Positions 39,607 to 48,745 of a stretch of DNA of 64,000 bases are shown piece after piece (position 1 is the stretch's first letter; every line of letters starts with the position of its first letter). The stretch spans positions 8,884 to 72,883 of the forward strand of contig JBAYMS010000001.1 of assembly GCA_041663425.1 (NCBI GenBank). The letters are read 5' to 3'. The position numbers were made by a program, and so were the translations under genes. The notes under the pieces were generated by a model that saw nothing but the letters and a program-made list of their open reading frames with translations, was not told the origin of the DNA and ran no database searches. The DNA is from Candidatus Omnitrophota bacterium (GTDB lineage Bacteria > Omnitrophota > Gorgyraeia > 2-01-FULL-45-10).

Positions 39607-42477
39607 ATGAACTATCCACGAGGGTCGGAATGGAGAAAATGGGACTTACATTTACACACACCGTCTTCTTATGATTACGATGACAAGAGCGTCACAGATG
39701 AGCAATTGATTAAAACCTTAAAAGAAAACGAAATTACCGTTGTAGCTATAACGGATCATCATTTTATAGATGTTGAAAAGATAAAGAAACTACAAGAATT
39801 AGCAAAAGACGAAATTACAATATTCCCGGGGATTGAGCTTCGAGCAGAGCTGGGAGGTAGCGAATCCATCCATTTTATAGGAATATTCCCAGAGGATTCT
39901 GATGTAAATGATATTTGGACAAAATTACAGGGGCAGTTAGAATTAACGCCAGCGGATGTAAAGAAAAAAGGTAATGATAAGATTTATTGCCATTTGAATA
40001 AGGCCGCCGAGCTTATTCATCAGTTGGGAGGCATTATAACTATTCATGCTGGCTCGAAAAGTAACTCGGTTGAAAAAATCACTAATGCGCTTCCATATAA
40101 AGAAGCGCTTAAAGAAGACATTGTGAAATCTATCAATGTCTATGAAATCGGGAATTCAGCCGATGTGGAAGGATACAGAAGCAATGTTTTTCCGAACATA
40201 GGGATTAAAATTCCTTTGGTAATTTGTTCTGACAACCACGATATAAAAAAGTATGTGTTAAAAGAGAATTGTTGGATAAAAGCAGATCCAACATTTACCG
40301 GGTTAAAGCAGATTATATTAGAGCCGGAGGATAGGGTATATATTGGCAAAGCTCCAACGAGGAGGAAAAACCTCGCCAGCGTAATCGACAAGATTGAGAT
40401 TAGTAATTCTAACGGGTGGTTTGAGGAATCCCCTATTGTTTTAAACGAAGACTTGGTCACCATAATAGGAGAAAAAGGTGCCGGTAAGACCGCGCTTGCC
40501 GATTTTATAGCTCTGGCGGGCGGGGATTTTGGGCTTCAAAAAAGCGATGCTAGCTCTTTTGTATTCAAAGCTCTAACCCCTACCAAACAAATCGAGAAGA
40601 CCATTGAAAATTGTCAAGTAACTATCAAATGGAAAGAGGGCAATCCCGACCAGATAACTATAAACAAAGAGCTGGTTGATTATAAACCTACGAAGAAAGT
40701 AAAATATTTATCTCAAAGTTTTATTGAGGAAAAATGTCGCCCAGAACACGCTGATGAATTGAGAAAAGAAATCGAGAATATCGTTTTTCAATATATACCA
40801 ACATCCGATAGGCTTGGGCAAACAACATTTAACGATTTAAAACGTTTAATGACGCGGGGTATTGAAGTAGAAAAAAGTAACTGCAGACAGCTTTTATTCG
40901 ACCTCAATGGTGAAATTTCTATTCTAAGAGACGAGATAGATAATCTCGAAGTACAAAAGTCAACTAAGAAGAAAACTGAAGATGAAATAACTCAGTTAAA
41001 TGAACAGAAACCAAAACCTGCTGATGCCGAGGAAAAAGCCATCGAAGATAAGCTGGCTATTTTATATACCAAGAAAAGTGAGATTAACGAAAAAGTTGCA
41101 GAATGCAAGTTGCAATTAAGCACCATAGAATCTATAAAAACAAAGCTGCTAGCTCTAAGTCAATACGTTGAAAAAGAATTGATTAGCATTAAGACGGACC
41201 TTGATTCAATAGCTTTAGGCAGTATTTACAACAAGCTAACATTTTCAATAAATCCAGAATTTCATACGAAGCTTGATGAAGCTAAGAATAAGCTGACGAA
41301 ACAGATTAAAGATTTTGAAGGAGCGCCGGAAAAAGTATCGTCCCTCACCGAAGATGAGAAAAAACTAGAGCTGATAACGACTGATTTTGTCAATGGGCTC
41401 ACACTTTCTCGTTTAGATGTAATTATAGAATGGCTAGAAACAAAATCGAGCATTGCCTATGATGCAAGAAAAGTTATTAAGGATTTCGAAGAGAAAATAG
41501 AGAAAAATAAGAAAGCAGTAGCATCTTTAGAAAAAAGCATCGCCGAGGTAGAGAAAACAAAAAAACCTACTCTTGCGAAGAAAATCGAGGAAAGAAATAG
41601 TGCCTATAAAAGTTATTTCACTTTGCTCCAAAAAGAAAAAAGTGTATTTGAAAGCCTGAGCGCACCTATTAAAACAAAAATTGATTCAGAGAATGTTGGT
41701 GATAAGCAGATAGGTTACTCAGCAAGAATTGAATTTGATGTTAATGGATTTTATGAAAAAGCATGTGAAATAATAAATTTCAAAGCAGCTGGTCATTATC
41801 ATCAAGATGGCCAACTGTTATTTAAAGATATCAAAGCCATAGCAGAAAAGATTGAGCTCGCAGAAGATGCCGATGTTTGCGCTTGTCTTGTAGACCGGTT
41901 CATTCAAACATTCGAAAAAGATGATGGTAGCGATGTTGATATTAAAACTCAACTGAAAAAAGGTAAAAAACAAATTGATTTTGATGCATGGCTTTTTGGT
42001 ATTTCATTCTTCAGCGTGACATATAGCATAAAATACCAAGATACTTATATTGAATTGCTATCTCCTGGAAAAAAAGGGATAGTGTTGTTACTAATGTATC
42101 TCACGTTAGATGCTGAGAGTGGCATACCGTTGATTATAGACCAACCAGAAGAAAATCTAGACAACAAATCCGTATATGCGCATCTAATAGAATACTTCCG
42201 CCAAGCCAAGAAGCGGCGGCAAATTATCGTTGTAACACACAATCCGAATTTAGTATTAAATACAGATGCCGAACAAGTGCTTGTTGCTGATTTTCAAGTC
42301 GTACCACCTGCGGGGCAAGCAAGAATAAGATATATAAGCGGGTCTATAGAAAATTCGTTTATTAACGAGTCTCTCAAAGACCCTCTCAGAAGACAGGGTA
42401 TTCGCGAGCATGGTGCCGAGATATTGGAGGGCGGTAAAAAGGCCTTTATTCAGCGAAAAGATAAGTACGAATACTAA
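39607..42477 (+). CDS. 956-aa fusion of an N-terminal PHP phosphoesterase domain with an SMC/Rad50/SbcC-like ABC ATPase that has a long coiled-coil insert (Ppl-like candidate defense protein)
   Basis: The PHP motifs are WDLHLHTPSS, AITDHH, ITIHAG and CSDNHD. The Walker A is GEKGAGKT (about aa 290). Roughly 500 aa of K/E-rich coiled coil follow. The ABC signature-like motif is LSPGKKG, the Walker B is LIIDQPEENLD and the H-loop is VVTHN. Confidence 0.7.
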   Translation: MNYPRGSEWRKWDLHLHTPSSYDYDDKSVTDEQLIKTLKENEITVVAITDHHFIDVEKIKKLQELAKDEITIFPGIELRAELGGSESIHFIGIFPEDSDVNDIWTKLQGQLELTPADVKKKGNDKIYCHLNKAAELIHQLGGIITIHAGSKSNSVEKITNALPYKEALKEDIVKSINVYEIGNSADVEGYRSNVFPNIGIKIPLVICSDNHDIKKYVLKENCWIKADPTFTGLKQIILEPEDRVYIGKAPTRRKNLASVIDKIEISNSNGWFEESPIVLNEDLVTIIGEKGAGKTALADFIALAGGDFGLQKSDASSFVFKALTPTKQIEKTIENCQVTIKWKEGNPDQITINKELVDYKPTKKVKYLSQSFIEEKCRPEHADELRKEIENIVFQYIPTSDRLGQTTFNDLKRLMTRGIEVEKSNCRQLLFDLNGEISILRDEIDNLEVQKSTKKKTEDEITQLNEQKPKPADAEEKAIEDKLAILYTKKSEINEKVAECKLQLSTIESIKTKLLALSQYVEKELISIKTDLDSIALGSIYNKLTFSINPEFHTKLDEAKNKLTKQIKDFEGAPEKVSSLTEDEKKLELITTDFVNGLTLSRLDVIIEWLETKSSIAYDARKVIKDFEEKIEKNKKAVASLEKSIAEVEKTKKPTLAKKIEERNSAYKSYFTLLQKEKSVFESLSAPIKTKIDSENVGDKQIGYSARIEFDVNGFYEKACEIINFKAAGHYHQDGQLLFKDIKAIAEKIELAEDADVCACLVDRFIQTFEKDDGSDVDIKTQLKKGKKQIDFDAWLFGISFFSVTYSIKYQDTYIELLSPGKKGIVLLLMYLTLDAESGIPLIIDQPEENLDNKSVYAHLIEYFRQAKKRRQIIVVTHNPNLVLNTDAEQVLVADFQVVPPAGQARIRYISGSIENSFINESLKDPLRRQGIREHGAEILEGGKKAFIQRKDKYEY

Positions 42478-42655
42478 GTTTAATAATCAATTGCTGAGAA
42501 TAAATATAAACAAGAACTGATTAATCGCTGGTCTAAGCTTTATGGTAAACAGATAACCGAAGAAGAATATCGACAGATTTGTGATAATTTAAGCGGTTAC
42601 ATTAAACTTTTGTATGAGTGGGATATGAAAGATAAAACGCAAAAAGGAGAGCACA

Positions 42656-42880
42656 ATGCCAAGGATAGCAAGTAATGTTTGCCCAGCGTGTCATAATAAG
42701 TTTCCTGCACACAAAGGTAACACGAAAACTTTTAGACAACTTACGCCGGCGGAGAGAAGTAGGTCTATTAGAATGATGGCTATCAATTTAAAGAAGGCTA
42801 TAAATGCTGACTTGCCATCGACCCGTATCAGACGGCTTTTTTGGGTTATAGATTATATGGCGCGGCAGGGAAGCAGGTAA
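42656..42880 (+). CDS. Small CPAC-motif protein, or a fragment of a degraded gene
   Basis: It is 74 aa (MPRIASNVCPACHNKF...). An upstream open frame at 42487-42663 has no ATG and changes frame into this ORF, which suggests decay. Confidence 0.3.
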   Translation: MPRIASNVCPACHNKFPAHKGNTKTFRQLTPAERSRSIRMMAINLKKAINADLPSTRIRRLFWVIDYMARQGSR

Positions 42881-42883
42881 CAA

Positions 42884-43026
42884 ATGATACATGAAAAAAA
42901 CGTATTTAACGATATCTTCGCTGATTTGATTTGCCATTCCCAGTTTGATGGAGGGCATAATCCTTTAGATTATTTGCACTATATGGACAAAATGGAACAG
43001 GCTAGAAAAAATAATAATGAAGAAGT
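42884..43026 (+). pseudogene. ORF whose 3' end is truncated by the IS insertion
   Basis: The ATG at 42884 opens MIHEKNVFNDIFADLICHSQFDGGHNPLDYLHYMDKMEQARKNNNE, and the reading frame continues into the IS inverted repeat. Confidence 0.3.
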
Positions 43027-43037
43027 GACCTTACCCC

Positions 43038-43751
43038 TTACACTGCACAGCTCGTAAGGTGAATTTCTGGTGTTTTTTGTTGTTCTTTCCAGGCCTTGGT
43101 GAACTCTGCCGGAGTTAGACCGTCTAACGATCCGTGAGGCCTGAATGTATTATACTCCACTCTCCAGTCTTCGATAATCTTTTTTGCTTCTTCAATCGTA
43201 ACGAAGTAATGTTGATTGAGGCATTCGTGCCGTAGCCTACCATTGAACGACTCGATAAAAGCGTTCTGTATGGGCTTGCCGGGCTTTATAAAGTCAAGCC
43301 TAGCACCGTTATCATACGCCCATTTATCAAGGGCTCGTCCCGCGAACTCAGGACCGTTATCGGTCGTGATTACTTGCGGACATCCTCTTGTAAGAACTAG
43401 CCAATCAAGCACTCTCGTTACTCTGTTACCGTCTATAGACGTATCGACTTCGATAGAGAGACATTCTTTAGTAAAGATATCAAGCACGTTCAGCGTCTTT
43501 ATCTTCCTGCCGTTCCATAACCCGTCTGACATAAAGTCCATCGCCCAGCGTTCATTGGGCTTCGAGGCTTCCGGTAGCTCTAGTCTGATCATTGAGGCTC
43601 TCTTGTGACGTTTGCGAAGCTTTAGCGCGAGGCTATTCTCCTTATAGATGCGCTCGGTGCGCTTATGGTTTACTACAAGTCCCTCACGATGCAATATATC
43701 GTGAAGCATCGGAAGTCCCCAGCTCTTATGCGTAGCTATAAGCTCCTTCAT
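43038..43751 (-). CDS. IS3-family transposase OrfB (DDE integrase catalytic domain); the N-terminal part is upstream in the -1 frame, overlapping orfA
   Basis: It has an rve-type core: ITTDNGPEFAG...LDFIKPGKPIQNAFIESFNGRLRHECLN. Confidence 0.85.
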   Translation of the reverse strand: MKELIATHKSWGLPMLHDILHREGLVVNHKRTERIYKENSLALKLRKRHKRASMIRLELPEASKPNERWAMDFMSDGLWNGRKIKTLNVLDIFTKECLSIEVDTSIDGNRVTRVLDWLVLTRGCPQVITTDNGPEFAGRALDKWAYDNGARLDFIKPGKPIQNAFIESFNGRLRHECLNQHYFVTIEEAKKIIEDWRVEYNTFRPHGSLDGLTPAEFTKAWKEQQKTPEIHLTSCAV

Positions 43752-43888
43752 ACGGTCTAATATCTTCGCATCGTTATTAGCTCTACTGGTCTTGTAATAA
43801 TAGCTTGATCTATTAAGCTCTACAAGCCTGCATGATCTAGCCTTCGACAGCCCAAAGCGCTCTTTTAACCGAGCTACAGCAAGTCTCT

Positions 43889-44167
43889 TTACTTTGGGCT
43901 TAGGAAGTTTTTTGAGTTGAGCGCCTTTAACGCCTGGTTATCGAGTGTTAAGTCCGCGACTATGTTCTTTAGTCTGCGGTTCTCATCCTCGAGCGCCCTT
44001 AGTTTCTTCGCGTCTGATACTTCCATGCCGCCATACTTCGATATCCACTTATAGATCGTGCCTTCACAGACATTAGCTTCTCTTGAGATATCTGAAACCG
44101 CCACTCCTTGCTCATGTCTCTTTAAAAAAGCTATTATCTGTTCCTCTGTAAATCTTTTGCGTGACAT
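43889..44167 (-). CDS. IS3-family transposase OrfA (HTH)
   Basis: It reads MSRKRFTEEQIIAFLKRHEQGVAVSDISREANVCEGTIYKW and has a leucine-zipper-like C-terminus. Confidence 0.85.
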   Translation of the reverse strand: MSRKRFTEEQIIAFLKRHEQGVAVSDISREANVCEGTIYKWISKYGGMEVSDAKKLRALEDENRRLKNIVADLTLDNQALKALNSKNFLSPK

Positions 44168-44517
44168 ATCCCGAGCCTCCTTTACGTAGCTATTGGTAGC
44201 TACGGTTATACACTAGGAAACTCGCCTTGTAAACTGTCTAGTTTAGCGGGGTAGGGTCACTTTCGTCAGTTTAAATTATGGCGAGCCCGCAGATTTTTAC
44301 ATTGTCCCAAGCAAAGTCGTTGCAACCTTCATAAAAAAACATAATCGAAAGTGGCTTAAGACCCCCGGCAGAAAAGGCCAGAAACACAACCAAACCTCAA
44401 TGAGACAATTTAGAGACGACGAACAGCGATATCGTAACGCATATTACCTCATGAAGTTGTAATATTTTGTAAATTTATATAATAGTTTAAGGGACGGTTC
44501 TGACGAAAATCTGACCG

Positions 44518-45084
44518 GTGACATACCACCGACAGGTTCCTATGATACTCAAAGACTATGACATATCGTTAGTATATAGGCTACTTGAGCCGGGCCCGGT
44601 TGTGATGGTAACAACATCGCGGGATGGCAGGCCCAATGTTATGACTATGTCCTGGCATACCATGATGGAATTTACCCCGCCTCTTATAGGATGTGTTATA
44701 AGTGACAGGAATTACACATTCGATGCGCTCAAAGCCACAAAAGAATGCGTTATTGCGATACCTTCGGTAAAGCTTGCAGGCAAAGTGGTGCAGGTGGGCA
44801 GTGTTTCAGGCCGGAACACGGATAAATTTAAAACAATAGGACTTACTCCGAAACCCGCCTTTATAGTGAAAGCGCCTATCATAGCCGAATGTTTTGCAAA
44901 CATAGAATGCAGGGTGGTAGATACCTCGCTGGTAAATAAATATAATTTCTTCATAATGGAAGCGGTGAAAGCTTCCATAGATCACGCGCAAAAAAATCCG
45001 AAAACCCTCCATCATCATGGTAAAGGAACGTTCGTTTCCGATGGCGTAAAAATAAGGCGTAAATTTAACAGCCTTGAGCCATAG
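44518..45084 (+). CDS. Flavin reductase-like (FMN-binding split-barrel) protein
   Basis: It reads PVVMVTTSRDGRPNVMTMSWHTMMEFTPPLIGCVIS. Confidence 0.7.
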   Translation: MTYHRQVPMILKDYDISLVYRLLEPGPVVMVTTSRDGRPNVMTMSWHTMMEFTPPLIGCVISDRNYTFDALKATKECVIAIPSVKLAGKVVQVGSVSGRNTDKFKTIGLTPKPAFIVKAPIIAECFANIECRVVDTSLVNKYNFFIMEAVKASIDHAQKNPKTLHHHGKGTFVSDGVKIRRKFNSLEP

Positions 45085-45126
45085 AAAATAAAAATCGCAC
45101 TTATATTTGACACTTGCACATACATC

Positions 45127-47085
45127 ATGTATACTTCATCAAAAACCGAAAGGAAATTAATGTCAAATAAATCTATATTTGCGGCAGTAATAACAGTATT
45201 TGTTTTATTTATAACTTCCGTTTCTTTTGCAAGTCAAGCGTCAACCACTTCCACCAATCAAAGCGAGATCAAACCCTACTGGTTTTTAGATGCGCCTAAA
45301 GAATGGCCCGCCCAGGTAATGCCTGGTATGCGCGGCGGGACTGAGAAACTTAAAAGCTATATCGACAATCTCATCCCTGTTTTTGGCACAAAAGATATCA
45401 TACTATTTGCTGATTATAAATCTGTTATGGGAGCCAGAGGTTCAAACGAAGAGAATATAGGAATAGGGTTAAGAGATCTTCTCTTCGACGAAAAGCTTAT
45501 CCTGGGAGGCAATTTCTTCTATGATACCCGCTATACGGAAAACAAGATAAGGCATCATCAGCTGGCATTTGGTTTGGAGGGTTTGACGAAATGGGTAGAT
45601 GTAAGGTCTAATTTTTACTTTCCGATATCGGGTAGGCAGATGCTAAGCGGTGATACTACATATTTATTCGGCTCGAAAAGCCTGGATGTGCAGAACACAT
45701 ACGAAGAACCGTTAACCGGCATTGATTACGAAGCAGGTGTTCTTATACCATGTTTGTCTGATTACGTTGAGACAAGAGCATTTCTGGGAGGATATAACTA
45801 TTTTCCCGGCATAGGTAAAGGGCTTAACGGTATAAAGGCAAGGTTTGAAGTCCGTCCCATAAAGGCGCTTACGGTAAATGTTGAGATGAAAAGCGATAAT
45901 TACGGTGCGCCCCAATATTTTGTTGAAGGTTTTATGACAATCCCTCTCGATACGATGAACGTATTCAAAATAAAAAATCCATTTACCGAATTTGGAAAAT
46001 ACTTCTCCTATAAAAAGGGCATTAGGTCTTTAAGAGAACGTATGGTTGATAGAGTAGTGAGAGACATAGACGTAACCGCTAAAAGCACTCCTACGGTACG
46101 GTCAAAAGCTCATGATCTTACCTATGTAGACAACACATATTATAGCGGATACTCGAATGGTTCGCTGGATCGCCCGTATACGACTATAGCCGATGGTATA
46201 ACAAATGCCACGGGAGACCATTGGATTTACGTAAAAGGCACCGGCACTAATTATGCCGGCAATCTTAACCTCCCCTCAAACTACGTTCTTTGGGGTAGTG
46301 CTTATAATGGAGGCTTCCAGAATCTCGGCGTAAGCGGTGTTTATCCCGTCATAAGCGGCGGCACTCAATGCTTAACTATTAATAATAATAATACGGTTAT
46401 GGGGATGAAGATGCAGAGCGCCACGGACAACGGTATCAAATTTACCGCAGGGACCACATTAACCGGAACGATAAAACATAATATCTGTAATAGCAACGGC
46501 AACAACGGAATAGATCTGGACAGCAACACAGCTACGATCACAAGCTTCACCATCGACAGTAATACGCTCAATAGTAATACCAGTAATGGAATAAACTTTG
46601 GAGGCAATAGCGGGACGATGCGTAACGTTACTATTTCCAATAATATGATAGACAGCAACGGGGATGATGCAATAAGGATGTGGGCAAACTCAGGGACACT
46701 GACCGGTTTTCTCATCTCTAATAATACGTGCAGCAATGCCGGCCTTCACCATGGAATAGATATGGATGGCAATGGTGGCACTATGAGTAATTTTACGTTC
46801 TTGCGTAACGTCATAACAGGTAATAACCGGGACGGAATAATGATGAAGGGCGGGACTATAACCGGCATTAATTTTGGCGATGGCACAGCAGGCGGCTATA
46901 ACTCCATCTATAATAACAACCAAGCGGCTGGCAGCTATTACGATTTTGAAAACCAAACCGGAAACGCTGTCTACGCCCAGTATAACTGGTGGGGACAGGC
47001 TACCGGACCGGGCGCAGGGCAGATTTACAATAGTGCCACTAGCAGCACAAATTCTTCAAATTACCTATCCTCAAATCCAAACTAA
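45127..47085 (+). CDS. Inverse autotransporter (intimin/invasin-type beta-domain) with a parallel beta-helix repeat passenger
   Basis: It has a signal peptide. The beta-domain motifs YEEPLTGIDYEAG and PCLSDYVETRAFLGGYNYF resemble intimin YDERPANGFDIRFNG and PSYPALGAKLIYEQYYG. The C-terminus carries repeated NGIDLDSN / NGINFGGN / DGIMMKGG beta-helix turns. Confidence 0.55.
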   Translation: MYTSSKTERKLMSNKSIFAAVITVFVLFITSVSFASQASTTSTNQSEIKPYWFLDAPKEWPAQVMPGMRGGTEKLKSYIDNLIPVFGTKDIILFADYKSVMGARGSNEENIGIGLRDLLFDEKLILGGNFFYDTRYTENKIRHHQLAFGLEGLTKWVDVRSNFYFPISGRQMLSGDTTYLFGSKSLDVQNTYEEPLTGIDYEAGVLIPCLSDYVETRAFLGGYNYFPGIGKGLNGIKARFEVRPIKALTVNVEMKSDNYGAPQYFVEGFMTIPLDTMNVFKIKNPFTEFGKYFSYKKGIRSLRERMVDRVVRDIDVTAKSTPTVRSKAHDLTYVDNTYYSGYSNGSLDRPYTTIADGITNATGDHWIYVKGTGTNYAGNLNLPSNYVLWGSAYNGGFQNLGVSGVYPVISGGTQCLTINNNNTVMGMKMQSATDNGIKFTAGTTLTGTIKHNICNSNGNNGIDLDSNTATITSFTIDSNTLNSNTSNGINFGGNSGTMRNVTISNNMIDSNGDDAIRMWANSGTLTGFLISNNTCSNAGLHHGIDMDGNGGTMSNFTFLRNVITGNNRDGIMMKGGTITGINFGDGTAGGYNSIYNNNQAAGSYYDFENQTGNAVYAQYNWWGQATGPGAGQIYNSATSSTNSSNYLSSNPN

Positions 47086-47107
47086 TTCTTAGGTAGATTG
47101 AAACCGC

Positions 47108-47156
47108 GGGGACGGCTCTGAATGTAATTTCAGAACCGTCCCCAAATTTTTATTTT
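47108..47156 (+). terminator. Intrinsic terminator after the autotransporter gene
   Basis: GGGGACGGCTCTGAA ... TTCAGAACCGTCCCC is followed by AAATTTTTATTTT. Confidence 0.7.
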
Positions 47157-47237
47157 ATATTATCATTATCAAAAACTTGTCAACCGTGCATTTTTAATGT
47201 AAGCTTAAACCGCTGATGTTAAAAACAGAGGAGCGGC

Positions 47238-47642
47238 ATGGCCCAGAAAATATTGATAGTAGATGACGAAAAAGATTTTATCGATATGCTTGCCGAAAGG
47301 CTTATGGCAAAAGGATTTAACATAGTCGAAGCCTTTAACGGAAAAGATGGGCTCGATAAAGCGCATGCAGAAAAGCCTGATGTGATAGTGCTCGACCTGA
47401 CAATGCCGGAGATGAGCGGTTATGATGTATGCAGAAAGCTTAAAATAGATAAAAATTATAAAGACATACCGATCATAATGTTGACTGGAAAGTTCCAGCC
47501 AAACGATATAGAGTTCGGCAGGGAAATGGGAGCAGATGCGTATCTGACAAAACCGCTGGAGTTGAAAGCGTTATCCCACAAGATAGACGCGCTCTTACGC
47601 CTTCGGGATAAAAATAAAAAAATAAAAGGAGTATCAAGATGA
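47238..47642 (+). CDS. Stand-alone response regulator receiver domain (CheY-like)
   Basis: It has DDE, a phospho-acceptor D in VIVLDLTMP, and the conserved T and K. Confidence 0.8.
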   Translation: MAQKILIVDDEKDFIDMLAERLMAKGFNIVEAFNGKDGLDKAHAEKPDVIVLDLTMPEMSGYDVCRKLKIDKNYKDIPIIMLTGKFQPNDIEFGREMGADAYLTKPLELKALSHKIDALLRLRDKNKKIKGVSR

Positions 47643-48745
47643 AGAAAATGCTTGTTGCGCTGTTCGGCATTGTGTTTTTAACATCATCAGTAATAATTCC
47701 TGCCGAGGCCTGCACAAGTTTTCTTTTAAAAACCAAAAACGGCAGCCCTGTTTATGGACGCACATGTGAGTGGGGTGCTTTTGATACCGAGCCAGATATT
47801 GTAATGGTGCCGCGCAACTATAAATTTACTTCTAAGCTGAAAGACGGCAAATTGGGAATGACCTGGAAAAATAAATATGGATACGTTGCTATAAACGCTC
47901 TTAACCTGCCATTCTACCTGGACGGCATGAATGAAACCGGTCTTACCATAGGCGGTTTGTATTTACCGGCGTTCGCCGAATTTCAGCCCTTTAAAGCCAG
48001 TGAGCAATCTGTTACTGTAAATAATCTCGATCTGATAGGTTATATACTGGGCCAGTTCAAGACGACAGGAGAGGTCAGGGCCGCATTGCCAAAACTACGC
48101 ATTGTAGAATTGTCTAAAGATGTTCTCAACGTGCCTATGCCTCTGCATTATGTTGTTACAGACAGCACGGGGAATTCTATAGTGATCGAATATGTTAAAG
48201 GCTCGCTGAATATTTACGATAATACAATCGGGGTTATGACTAATTCCCCGGGTTACGACTGGCATATAATAAATTTACGCAACTATACTCATCTTACGCC
48301 ATACGGCGAAGAACCAGGCGATAAAGAAATAAACGGTGCTAATTTTACTCCCGTTGGTGTAGGCGACGGTATGACGGGTCTGCCCGGCGACTACTCGTCG
48401 GCATCCCGCTTTATCCGGGCTTTTTTCTATACAGAGACGTCCCTTCCGCTCGAAGATGCTGACGCGGCGATAAATCAGGCATCCCGCATTCTTAATAACT
48501 TCGATTATCCCAAAGGTTTTGAACGCAATGGAACTTCGGAAAAATATACGCTTGGATATACGCAGTGGAGTGTGATAGGCGACATCCGGAATAAGCGCTA
48601 CTATTGGTGGACGGAATGGAACCGCCAGATGCGCATGGTCGATCTGAATAAATTGAGTTTCAGCGGCAGTGAAATTGCTGTCAGCCAGCTGGACAAGGTG
48701 CGGATGCAAAACGTAGACGACCGGACCAGGGATTTCCAAAAATGA
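47639..48745 (+). CDS. Secreted Ntn-hydrolase of the choloylglycine hydrolase / linear amide C-N hydrolase family
   Basis: After the signal peptide comes AEA|CTSFLLKTKNGSPVYGRT, which gives an N-terminal Cys nucleophile. Confidence 0.6.
   Translation: MKKMLVALFGIVFLTSSVIIPAEACTSFLLKTKNGSPVYGRTCEWGAFDTEPDIVMVPRNYKFTSKLKDGKLGMTWKNKYGYVAINALNLPFYLDGMNETGLTIGGLYLPAFAEFQPFKASEQSVTVNNLDLIGYILGQFKTTGEVRAALPKLRIVELSKDVLNVPMPLHYVVTDSTGNSIVIEYVKGSLNIYDNTIGVMTNSPGYDWHIINLRNYTHLTPYGEEPGDKEINGANFTPVGVGDGMTGLPGDYSSASRFIRAFFYTETSLPLEDADAAINQASRILNNFDYPKGFERNGTSEKYTLGYTQWSVIGDIRNKRYYWWTEWNRQMRMVDLNKLSFSGSEIAVSQLDKVRMQNVDDRTRDFQK

Larger units (their letters stand above)
43027..44259 (-). mobile_element. IS3-family insertion sequence (about 1.23 kb) with terminal inverted repeats; orfA and orfB are on the minus strand
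   Basis: The left inverted repeat is TGACCTTACCCCTTACACTG (from 43027) and the right, read outward from 44259, is TGACCCTACCCCGCTAAACT, giving TG...CA termini. It holds orfA (HTH) and orfB (DDE) with the usual frameshift overlap. No direct-repeat target duplication is evident. Confidence 0.8.

Noticed and set aside
44347-44356. GACCCCCG match to the tRNA-Asp 3' end, as a possible attR of the island
   Set aside because: It is only an 8-nt identity with no extended match, so it is not distinguishable from chance.
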